Below are positions 53,313 through 64,000 of a stretch of 64,000 bases of DNA, piece by piece. Location: NCBI RefSeq assembly GCF_026210795.1, contig NC_089435.1, positions 4,340,001 to 4,404,000 of the forward strand. Direction: 5' to 3'. The notes under the pieces were generated by a model. That model saw only the letters and a program-made list of their open reading frames with translations, was not told the origin of the DNA and did not search any database. The translations under genes and the position numbers were made by a program. This stretch comes from Rhizophagus irregularis (taxonomy: Eukaryota). Numbering within the stretch: the first letter of the stretch is position 1; each line of letters opens with the position of its first letter.

Positions 53313-56300
53313 CACTGGTCGAAATCAAAACTTTTGACTGTTAAGAGCTTTTGGCATAATTTTTACCAATTGGTCATGTGATTCGTCACATTTTTTGACC
53401 AATGGCAAAAATCGGTAAAATCAATCACAAATTGACTGATACTGATTGTTAAACTAATACTTGTTCAGTCTTTTGGTGAAAAATCAACTTATACCGATTG
53501 TTATACGAAAATTGTTCTTTTAAGATCATTCAGTAAAATTATACCGATTGGTCATATAAATCAACACAATTTTGCCAAATTTGCTAAACGGTAAAAATCA
53601 ATAACTAATTGGCAATAATTCGGCAAATCAGTTGGTAAATGACTGAAATCATCAGATGATCCAGATCGACATTTTACAGGTCTTTTTAAACAAACTTTTT
53701 TAAACTTTTTAAACTTTTCGCTTCCTTCCTTCCTTCTCTTTGTCCTTTTCCCTTCCTTTTCTTACACCTTAGTTCTTCACATTGAATTCGGTAACTTTTT
53801 ATTAAATCAAAAAAGTTTCAAAATTTTCTTTAAAAAAACGTTTTTTAACATTAAAAAATGTTTCTTTTTTATACTTTGTGAAGAAAATCAGTTCCGGCGT
53901 GAATACCATTTCCCTAAGTGAAGTTTCAAAAGATTTTCAAAACTTTCTTATAAAAAAACATTTTTTAACAATAAAAAACGTTTTTTTTAATATTTTTTTG
54001 CAGGAAATCGGCTCCAGCATGGATACCGTTTCCTTAGATGAAGTTTTGAAGGATTTTCAAAACTTTCTTAAAAAAAAAAACGTTTTATAACTAAAAAACG
54101 TTTTTTTAAATATTTTTTTGTTTAGGGAATTGGTTCTGGCGTGGATACCGTTTCCCTAGGTAAAGTTTTGAAAAATTTTGAAACTTTCTTTAAAAAAAAC
54201 GTTTTTTAACTAAAAAACGTTTTTTTTTTGTTTTTTTTTGCAAAGAAAATCAGTTCCAACATGGATACCGATATTCTAAGTAAGTTTCGAAACTCTTTCG
54301 AAACTTCCTTTTAAAAAAACGTTTTTAACGTAAAAAAACGTTTTTTTTTGTTTTTTTGCAAAAAAAATCAGTTCTGGCGTGGATACCGATGTTTCAGATA
54401 AGTTTCGAATTAAAAATTCAAAACTTTATAAAAAAAACTGTTTTTGATATTAAAAACGTTTTTTTTTCATTTTTGTATAGGAAATCAGCTCCAACGTGAA
54501 CACCAATATTCCAGGTAAGTTTTGAAACTAAAGTTTCGAAACTTTTTTAATAAAACGTTTTTAATGAAACGTTTTTTTTATATTTAATTATAGGGATATC
54601 AGTTCCGACGTGGATACCGAATCCCAAAGATAAGTTTCGAAAAAAGAATTTTGAAACTTTCTTTAATAAAAACATTTTTATACTAAAAACGTTTTTTTTT
54701 TATTATTTTTTATATAGGGATATCAGTTCTAGCGTGGTTACCGAATCCCAAAATTAAGTTTCAAAAATTTTCGAAACTTTAATATAAAAATGTTAATTTT
54801 TAACGTTTTTTTTTATTTTTTTGTAGGGATATCAGTTCCAGCGTGGATACCGAATCCCAAAGTTAAGTTTCAAAAAAAAAATTCGAAACTTTATAAAAAA
54901 AATGTTTATAACGTTTTTTTTGTTTTTTTATATAAGAATTCAGCTCCAATGTGGATACCGATATTCTAGGTAAGTTTTAAAACAAATGTTTCGAAACTTT
55001 TTTAAAAATGTTTTTTAATAAAAAAAAACGTTTTTTTTTTATTTTTTATAATAGGAAATCTTAATAAAAAAACGTTTTTTTTATACTTTAATATAGGAAA
55101 TCGGCTCCAACATGGATGCCGATATTCCAGGTAAGTTTCGAAACTTCTTTAAAAAAAATGTTTATTTTAACGTTTTTTTTTATATTTAATTATAGGGATA
55201 TCAGTTCCGGCATGGATACTGAATCCCAAAGATAAGTTTCGAAAAAAAATTTTAAAACTTTCTTTAATAAAACGTTTTTATATTAAAAATGTTTTTTTTT
55301 ATTATTTTTATATAGGAATTCAGTTTCGGCGTGGATACCAAATCCCAAAGACAAGTTTCGAACAATTTCGAAACTTTAATAAAAAAACATTAATTTTAAC
55401 GTTTTTTTTTTATTTTTTTTGTAAGGATATCGGTTCCGGCATGAATACTGAATCCCATTGGTTAGTTTTAAAAAAGAATTCGAAACTATTTAAAAAAAAT
55501 GTTTATTAACATTTTTTTTATTATTTTATTGTAGGGAAACAGTTCCGACTTGAATACCGAATCCCATTGGTTAGTTTTGAAAAAAATTCAAAACTATTAA
55601 AAAAAACGTTATATTAACATTTTTTTTATTTTCTTTTATAGGGAATCAGTTCTACTGTTTCCCTAGGTAATGTTTTGATAGATTTTTGAAACTTACTTAA
55701 AAAAAAATGTTTTTAGCTAAAAAACGATTTTTTTATATTTTTTTTTATAGAAAATCGGTTCTGATGTGGATACTGATATTCCAGATAAAGTTTTGAAAAA
55801 TTTTTAAAACTTCATTTTTTTTATTAAAAGAAATGGTTGACCAACCCTTTCTTTACTTTTTTTGTAGGTTTTCCCTTCGGATTTTATCAGATCGGGTAAA
55901 TTTCTTTCAAACCCAATTTTTTTATTTAAAAAATGAGTTATTGGCCGTTTTCTCCTTTTTTTGGTAGTTTTCTTCGGACTTTTATCAGGTTAGGTGAGGA
56001 TTATGGATGGATGATGGATGGTGGATGGTAAATGGTGTATATAAATGATACATAGATAATAATTTAATATGCAATTTTTAATAAAACGAATTAATAAAAT
56101 TTAATCAACTAATTGTTATTATAAAAATTAAAATCAGCTAAATGTACAAAAATCGGTAATAATTATTAGGTTTATTAACAATCGTCAATTTGATTTTACT
56201 GATTTGTTGCCAATTTTACTGATCGATTTGTTGACAAGTGGCAGGGGTTACGATGCAAATCGTTTATAAAATTAGTTGCCGATTTTTTTGGTACTGATCG

Positions 56301-56374
56301 GTTAAGGTCAGACCAAATTTCGTCCAACATTCGGCAATTTAAAATTTTGCTGAAATGGACTATTCCGACTAGTA
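53313..56374. mobile_element. Non-autonomous CACTA-type element carrying an internal tandem array
   Basis: TIR CACTGGTCGAAAT versus TACTAGTCGGAAT; 3-bp TSD AAA; removing the element restores the host minisatellite motif TGAAAATGATGA; ACCGAT/ATCGGT-like subterminal repeats. Confidence 0.8.
53790..56000 (+). repeat. Tandem array of ~19 micro-exon (~34-36 nt) + intron units
   Basis: Units read TAG|GGA(A/T)ATCRGYTCC..RTGGATACCGA....CAG|GTAAGTTTCGAAA...AAAACGTTTT; some donors or acceptors are mutated (G>A). Confidence 0.85.
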
Positions 56375-56760
56375 AAAATGATGATAAAAAACATAAACAG
56401 ACAAAATAAATGATGAAGAAGTGAAAATGATGATGAAAAAATGTAAACGGACAAAATAAATAATAAGGGAGTAAAAATAATGATGAACTAACGTAAACAA
56501 ATAAAATAGATGATGAAGAAGTAAAAATGATGATAAAAAAATGTAAAGGGACAAATAGATGATAAAGAAGCAAAAATAATGATGAAATAATGTAAAGGAA
56601 TGAAATAGATAATAAAAAAGTGATAATGATGATGAAAGAATGTAAAAGAAATGAAGGGATAATGAAAAAGCGAAAGTAATAATAAAAGTATAAAAGAAAC
56701 AAAGTGAAAGTGATAAGAAAGTGATGAGGAAGCAAAAGAAATGATATAGAAAATAAAAAA
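56375..56760. repeat. Purine-rich ~50-bp minisatellite, right part
   Basis: Continuation of the 52760-53312 block. Confidence 0.8.
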
Positions 56761-57089
56761 AATAAAAAACTGATTAGTATTATAACTAGTGTTTAATAAT
56801 AAAAAAATAATAACAATAAAATAGTAGTAAGAAAGCAAATCTTACCTTAAATTCCTTGAAACTATTTAAAATTATTGTTATCTAAAGAAGACGAAGTTAA
56901 TAAAAAGCAAGCAAAAAAAAATAAAAAAATCTATTTTCAAAACAAAATTATTTTAACGTATAAAAAGTGTGTAGTACAAAATCATCTGGTGAGAGTAAAA
57001 TTAAAAATTTTAATAATTTGCAGATCAAGATGAAATTCACTCTGGTGAAATTTACCAGAGGTGAATGTAAAATTAATCCATATTTTAAA

Positions 57090-57543
57090 TAGTATTCTGA
57101 ATAAGTTGAATTGAGTTAAGTCGAGTTAAAATTATAAAAAGTATAAATTTGATTTGATTTGAATCAAATTAATCAGTCAAATTAAATTGAGTCGAGTTAA
57201 GTTAAATCATGTAATTTTCTTCAACTATTTGATCATTTCATTTTTTAGTGATAGCATTTCACAAAAATCCATTTTTATAAATTTCAAAATTTTTTCATCT
57301 CAAATTTTATGTAATATAGTTTTTTAAAAAAGGAAATTCCATAATTATGGTCAAAATTAAAAGTTAATTTGATTTAATTTGACTTGACTTGATTTTATTA
57401 AATTATTAATTTGACTCTTAATTCAATTTGATTGTAATGTTTTGACTTGACTTAATTCAATTTGGTTGTAATGTTTTGATTTGACTTGATTTGATTTAAC
57501 TTAACCCAACTTATAAGTTAATTTAACTCATTTCAAAACACTA
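57090..57543. mobile_element. hAT-type MITE, 454 bp
   Basis: Exact 8-bp TSD ATTTTAAA (57082-57089, 57544-57551); imperfect TIR TAGTATTCTGAAT / TAGTGTTTTGAAA; GAGTT/TTGAC pentamer subterminal repeats in opposite orientations. Confidence 0.8.
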
Positions 57544-57889
57544 ATTTTAAAGAAATAAAAAATTAAATTATATTATTATTATCCAATAAAATTTATTTTA
57601 TATAAATAATATGACCGCATTATAAACTAATAAATTTGATTACAAAATAAAAAAATGGTAGCTATAGACTGTTGTTAAAATATTTACTATTAAATTAAAT
57701 ATTTTAACTACTTAATTCTAGTTAAATTATATGTAAATCTGGCTAAAATTACTTTTATTTAATTATTATTTGGCTAAAATTATATATAAGTTTGGCCAGA
57801 ATTAAAAATTTTAATTTAAATTAGTCATCAGGAAATTTTATAGCGCGAAAAATTGCGTAAGTTTACGATTTTGTAAGTTTACGAAAGTT

Positions 57890-58350
57890 TATGGCATAAT
57901 ATTTCGAAAAATTTCAAAATATTACGTAAGTTTACAATTTCGTAAGATTTATGTGATATTACGGTTAAAATATTACGTAAGTTTTCAATATTGTAAGATT
58001 TACGCAATATTACGGTCAAAATATTCTGCAAATTTACGAAACTGTAAACCTGCGTAATATTACGGTTGAAATATTTTGAAAATTTACGAAACTGTAAATC
58101 TGCGTAATATTACGGTTGAAATATTTCGAAAATTTACGAAACTGTAAACCTGCGTAATATTACGGTTAAAATATTTCGAAAATTTACGAAACTGTAAACC
58201 TGCGTAATATTACGGTTGAAATATTTCGAAAATTTACGAAACTGTAAACCTGCGTAATATTACGGTTAAAATATTTCGAAAATTTACGAAACTGTAAACC
58301 TGCGTAATATTACGGTTGAAATATTTCGAAAATTTACGAGATTGTAAACT
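57890..58350. repeat. Subterminal 50-bp tandem repeat (~8-9 copies)
   Basis: AATATTACGGTT(G/A)AAATATTTCGAAAATTTACGAAACTGTAAACCTGCGT repeated near-perfectly. Confidence 0.9.
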
Positions 58351-58723
58351 GCATATGCAGTAGAACGTATACAAGGGGCATGTGATACTATTGAATAATC
58401 AAAAATAATATAAACACCTTTTCTTTTATATAAACACCTTTTTTTTTAAGTTTGGGAAAGCAAATTTATTTTTATTTACGAATTTTTTATTATTTACAAT
58501 TTTTATGTTAAAAATTAAAGTAAATTCTAATTTTTATTATAACTTAATAAAAAAAATACACATTTGATACTTGTTCGCTACTATTTTATAAAATAGTACC
58601 CAGGCTGTACGGCGTGGACGTCAGTATCAGTCACAGCCCAAAAAAAACGTGAGTCTCCAGCCGATATTTGGTACAGACTGGGCCTAGCTACTCACTTAAT
58701 AAATAATAAAAAAATAAAAATAA

Positions 58724-59348
58724 TTATCTTCTTCTACGATACATAGGTAAGTTTCTCCTTGCCCTACGATCATCACGCGTGACTAAAATTGATCAAATTT
58801 ATCAAATTTAAAACATGAACGTAAATATTAATTATAAATTTTATTATAGTATAATTACCCGGCCTCTCCCAAAATCTCGTTCTAAATTCGCAATAATATC
58901 TTGCGCCAGTACGCGTCCACAGCCGCCGCCCAGGGTTACCATTACGATAAAGGACATAGTTCTAAATATCAAAATCAGTTTGAATATTCAGTAAATACAT
59001 TTAATTTATATGAATGTAATTTTATTTATTTACTTACATGGTAATCCCTGACGAGGTTCCTCCACTTTTGGCTGCACTGTTGCTCGGAAACCCTTGTTCG
59101 AAATATTCTATTTATTCTGATTCAATTAAATGGATTGGTTAATTTGAATTTAAATTCTTTCTTAAAGAAATTATAGATATTAGTCATATGAACCTATTGG
59201 CAACAGAGTCCCAAAAATCTTGGTGGCTTCTACCATTAATATTGTGGTAGGCGCGGTTTCTGTCTCGGCGTATGTCAACAAGTTCGTCCATCATAGCCCA
59301 GTTCCAATGGACGTTATAGTGGGAACGACGACGTGTGTGGCGAGGCAT
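58724..59348 (-). CDS. Small Myb/SANT-like (trihelix-type) DNA-binding protein
   Basis: In-frame exons 59348-59194, 59116-59038, ~58961-58860, 58782-58724 give ...HWNWAMMDELVDIRR...DFWDSVANRINRIFRTRVSEQQCSQKWRNLVRDY...FWERP...YRRRR*, with the W...FW..VA...QC..KW.NL pattern. The first donor (GTTCAT) is weak. Confidence 0.75.
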
Positions 59349-60191
59349 TATTAGATTAGATTTGATTTTTATAATTTGATTTTGGGATGAGTAAAAATTT
59401 GAAAGAAAGTCGTAAAATGTCACTTTAAATAAAATTTGAACAATACCTCTTTGGTTTGATTTTATTTCTCGTTTCAATTAAAATTTAATTTATTAGACTT
59501 TTCATCATTAAACATATTAATTAAATCTCATGCGGATATGGATTATCTAAATATAAATATCATGATTCTAAATATAAATATAAATCACTTAATTTATTTT
59601 AATTTTTTTTTAAAAAAAAAATCTTAGTTTGATTTCAATTAAAAATAATTAAAAATCATGTACATGTTTTGGTTATTTAAATATAAATATCAATATATTA
59701 TATTTAAAAATAAACCAATTTATTATTAGCACATTCTATTGAATTTTAAAAAAATCAATTTTTTTTTTTAAAAAAAAAATCATCAATATATCATATTTAA
59801 AAATAAAACAATTATATTTTGATTAAATATTTTGCGTACATTTCTTAAAAAAATCATAAAAAAAAATCTTGTACGTCGTATATGCAATTACTAAATATCA
59901 TCCCCTTGTGATAAATAAAAAATTACGCAACACAAATTCAACACAAACTCAACACAAATTTAACAAATTTAACGAAATTTGGCCAAAATTAATAATTTTT
60001 TACCAGAATTATCAACACAAATTGAACACAAATTGAACACAAATTTCAGTCACGATTTATTTATGTCACACCCGTGTTGTTAATAATTAAATAAATAAAT
60101 CTGCATTTTATTTATAATATGGGAAACGTGACCATAAATTCTTTAAGGATATAATTTTATTAAAATAAATCAAAACTCCTATATCAAGTGA

Positions 60192-63100
60192 CTAAAAAAT
60201 ATATTTATTTACGAAATATTCATTTTGTTTATCAAATCGGGGTACTATGTGAACGACACCATGTATAGACTCTATAGCTACAAAGTTATATAATTCTATC
60301 AATTTTAAGTGGGGACATCCATATAAATATGGGTTCCTTTTAGATTTAAAATCGTACCATTGAATTAATGCGAGATTTAGCGGTGGGTCTGTTAATACTT
60401 CTGCTAACAATAAGGCCTATAAATAATAAATATTTATTAATACTTTATAATAAATTATTACATAAATTGGAAAAATACCTGTCCATAACAAAGTCCTTTG
60501 TCTGATATATAATCATTTGATTCTTCAGAATCCATTGAAATAGCTATGTCGCTAAACCATACTTTATTATGATACCTGTTTGTGGCGCGCATTATGGCAC
60601 CATTTTCCAGTGTTACCGATCCGTATATGTTTATTCGGGTTTCACCAATAATTGTGAACCCATCAAGTAAATCTAGATATGAATCCAGACAACTTATAAA
60701 TCTAGCAAAACCGGTCTGCATTTTATTGTCTACGGAATCTTTTTTTTCATTAAAAAATGTATTTGCATCTTGTAAAGAGAAATCAAAGAGTCTTGCAGAA
60801 AATTTACAAGTGCGAGGTGTTTTTGCCGGATTCACTGAATGTTGAGACATTCTAATAGATATTGCTTGACGTTTTATCTATTAATTTAATTTCCATCTTA
60901 AGTTATATAATAAATATATACAATAAATAAATTTCCAAATACTTACAGTTCGTAAAAGCTGAGGTTCGACATCTTTTTTATTGCTAATTCGGTAGGGTAT
61001 TTTAACGAAATATTTGTGGAGACTTTTGTAAGTTTCTGTGGTATAGCCATTTATTGCACCATAAGATCGTATTGAGTCAATAATGTGATAAACTCATGAA
61101 TGCAATTTAGGCAACTTCAAATTGGAAGGAGAAACAAATTTAAAAGCCTTGACAAACATCCGCGCCCATCTATGTATTGCATCCTAAAATTTAAATGTTA
61201 ATTTAATTTATTTAATTTAAATTTTTGATTTTACTAAAATTTTAATACATACATTAAATTTCTCCAAGTCACTTTCACTAAATTCTTCATATCTACTTAA
61301 AATATACATTTCATTCCAATATTCGTACAATTTCACAAGATCATCATTATTTACAAAATTATCTACTTCGTTATTATTTTCATCATATAAATTATCAATA
61401 ACAAATATCATGACTTTCATCAAACTTCGATATTCATTAGCAGTTAATCTTGCAATTGACTGCAGTCCATTGGAAAAAATTTTAATGGCGGGAAAATGTG
61501 GAATTGCTGCTAGACGGCGATCTACTTCTTCAACTAATTTATTACCATTAACATGTTGCAATTTTAAGATATCGCACGTGAAGATAATTTAATAACGAAA
61601 TAAACCCAAATCTAAATGATGCATTCTGTCAGGAACAGTAGCCAAGTAGATATTTATATTCCTTGATAATATAAATATTTATAATTAATATATATATATG
61701 TTATTATAATTATTTCTATTTTTGCATACTTACGGCAAATCCCAAAAAAAATTAGGTACAGATTCTATGCAAACAGATTTTTGTGTATCATTTTCAAAAT
61801 ATTTACGCATTTCATCATGAGTTCTTAGTATTACATCATTAACCGATAAGTTTATATTTGCAAGATTGTCCCTTTTAATTAAACAGGAGTGACATGGAAG
61901 GCTTGAATTGGAGGATTTATAAACTAAACAAAAACTTGCGGCTTCTGGCCAATCTGCAATAATAGTTGAAACTCTAGGATAAAACCAGGTATTTTCATTA
62001 TTTATAAAAAGGTCTATACCATCTTTTAATAAAATAATTGGTTCTAGTAAATGACGTAAAGATTTATGAAAGGTATCACGAACCAGATCTTTATTTGCAG
62101 CTTCTAAAATTGGTAAATATCCCAAAAGTTGCTTTGCATCCTGTTTATTACGACGCCATATTGGGATATTGCATAATGAAATATATATTGGATGCAATTG
62201 ACTTTTTCCTAATGTATCTGTAGTTGTTGCATCAGAATATAAAATAATTGATAATAATTTGGAACCAGTAGGTAAGGATTCTTGCGTAGTTTTCCACAAT
62301 TTTCCAGTGTTTTGTTCACTGTAAATACTTTCTCTATTATACTATAAAATAATATAAATAAATTAAAATAAATATTATTTAAATTATTGAATTAACTAAT
62401 ATTTACTATTTACCTCATAGTTTTCGTAAGATAGCGCAAAATTTTGTGTTATGTCAGGAACAGTTAAGATATTTTTGATGCACTGTATTAAGTTTTGATA
62501 ATAAAGAAAATAATCTTTATCCTTATGTTTTGTTATAAGAACTTTACTAAATTCTAAATTAGAAAACTGCATATTATTCATAAATGCTCGTCCCTGTTCA
62601 ATATTTTTTGGTAATGGTGATTCTGTAAGATTTGAATGTTTATTAAAAAAACGTATTATTTCATTACCACCTTTATTGTTTATTTTATATTTCGTTACTA
62701 ATAACATTAGATCTTTATAAGCATCATTAGGAAATTTTGTGCAAGTTTTGGTATTGAGATTTTTGGGTTCTTCAAAAATTTCAGGCTCTTCAGATGAATC
62801 TAATATATTTTCAAAGTTACTATCTTCAAGGCTCATCTCTGATATTGCACTTCCAATACTGTCAAATGACATATTTTGTACATTATTATCATCATCCACC
62901 TAAAATTATAAACCAAAATGAGTTAGTATAATTTGAGCTTTTTCTTTAAAAAGAATAATCTGGAATAACATAATTATTGAGCTTTTTCTTTAAAAAGAAT
63001 AATCTGGAATAACATAATTACCTCAACTTTATCATTTTCATATTCACTACTTAGATTACTTCTTGTATCCATTTCACTGCTATATTTTTCACTATCATTA

Positions 63101-63216
63101 TTATCATCATCATCTTCTACTTCTACTTCTACATTTTTTAAGCATTTTTGGGCGTGTTGAGTATATGCAAAGCATTGACTGAATATTCGCATACAAAGGG
63201 GGCATTTGAAACTCAT
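60192..63216 (-). pseudogene. Plavaka transposase with N-terminal C2H2 zinc finger; inactivated
   Basis: Exons encode FKCPLC...YTQHAQKC, SIILYSDAT...HPIYISLCNIP, IIADWPEA...PCHSC, VPDRMHHLDLGLF, LPKLHS, YTTETYKSLH and YFVNKYIF. Premature stops at 61589-61591 (TAA) and 61094-61096 (TGA). Confidence 0.85.
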
Positions 63217-64000
63217 GTTACTAAATTAACGCGTCAAATTTGATGAAAAGTAGAGCTCCTAATGAGTCGAGTTGAGTTGAGTCATGAGTTAAAAACCTTA
63301 ATTTTAAAGTACTTTTTATTAAGTTAGAATATAATTAAACGAAAATTTACAATTATGCGAATCAAAAATGCGAGTTTATGCGAGTCATTTTCGGAGCTCT
63401 AATGAAAAGTATCAATTCACTATTTAATTTATATGAGATTATGTGTGCTAATAAAATTATATTGCAAATTCATTGTAAAAATTTAATGAATTAATTGAAT
63501 GGATTACAATTGATTGAGTTATTTGAATAGACACGACTACGCAAATTTACGCATTAATGAATGGAACTGGCTGTAAGAATCTGGTGGCTAATATCGCGGA
63601 ATCATTCGCAATTTTACGCATTATAGCAAAATTTAAAATATGCGAAACACTCAGCAATTTTGCTGTCGGGAACTTGCCGAGTTCGTGGGTTGGCAAATCT
63701 AAAAATAAATGTAACAAGTCTATGATGTACCATATAAATATTGTTTATTATTTTATTTACTATTTCAATTTGCCGGCAACCTGCCAAGTGAATCTGACAG
63801 CAAAAGTGCTGAGTGTTTCGCATATTTTGAATTTGCTGTAACGGGCTGTAAGAATTCGGATGGCTTATTCAATCGGCTAATCATCTGATAATCAGCCGCA
63901 AATTTATTGGCTTAACACGGCAAATCACTTTTACAATAATGGACGGATGATCAGCCACAAATTTATGCGATAATCAGGTTATAAGCGCTCAAGATCACTA

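Larger units (their letters stand above)
57826..64000 (-). mobile_element. Plavaka (CACTA-related) DNA transposon; second end not identified in the window
   Basis: End CATCAGGAAATTTT followed by subterminal tandem repeats, then a passenger gene and a Plavaka-type transposase gene. The extent toward 64000 is uncertain. Confidence 0.7.

Noticed and set aside
62931..63020. ~44-bp tandem duplication
   Set aside because: Lies in the first intron of the transposase; a simple local duplication with no evident consequence.
63557..63841. ORFs 63557-63841 and 63614-63823
   Set aside because: Overlap repeat-rich, subterminal-like TE sequence and show no protein motif.

Overview
Very AT-rich, intron-containing fungal genomic DNA. 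The gene families and repeat style point to an arbuscular mycorrhizal fungus (Glomeromycota, Rhizophagus-like); this is inferred, not checked. Seven apparently intact spliced genes lie in the left two thirds: a triple 3CxxC-type zinc-finger protein (3624-5110), three signal-peptide/Kelch/single-TM receptor-like genes (two of them a recent tandem duplication), a multi-TM protein with a large coiled-coil loop, a WD40-like/TRP-like channel transcribed head-to-head with it, and a ubiquitin-like + RBR E3 ligase. These are interspersed with pseudogenes (Crinkler-NTPase, MULE/FAR1, Tc1-like, PD-(D/E)xK-like) and many transposons with identifiable TIRs/TSDs (pogo-like, hAT and CACTA-type MITEs, and a 5'-truncated LINE). 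The right end holds a Plavaka (CACTA-related) element with a decayed transposase and an intact Myb/SANT passenger gene. The most striking structure is in three non-autonomous CACTA/Plavaka-type elements (9061-12080, 48393-52527, 53313-56374). Each carries a tandem array of about 18-22 units of ~110-125 bp, and each unit reads as a micro-exon plus a GT-AG intron with splice signals embedded in hairpins. The three arrays are unrelated in primary sequence but share this architecture and have no long ORF, which suggests transposon-borne, multi-exon, structured non-coding transcripts.
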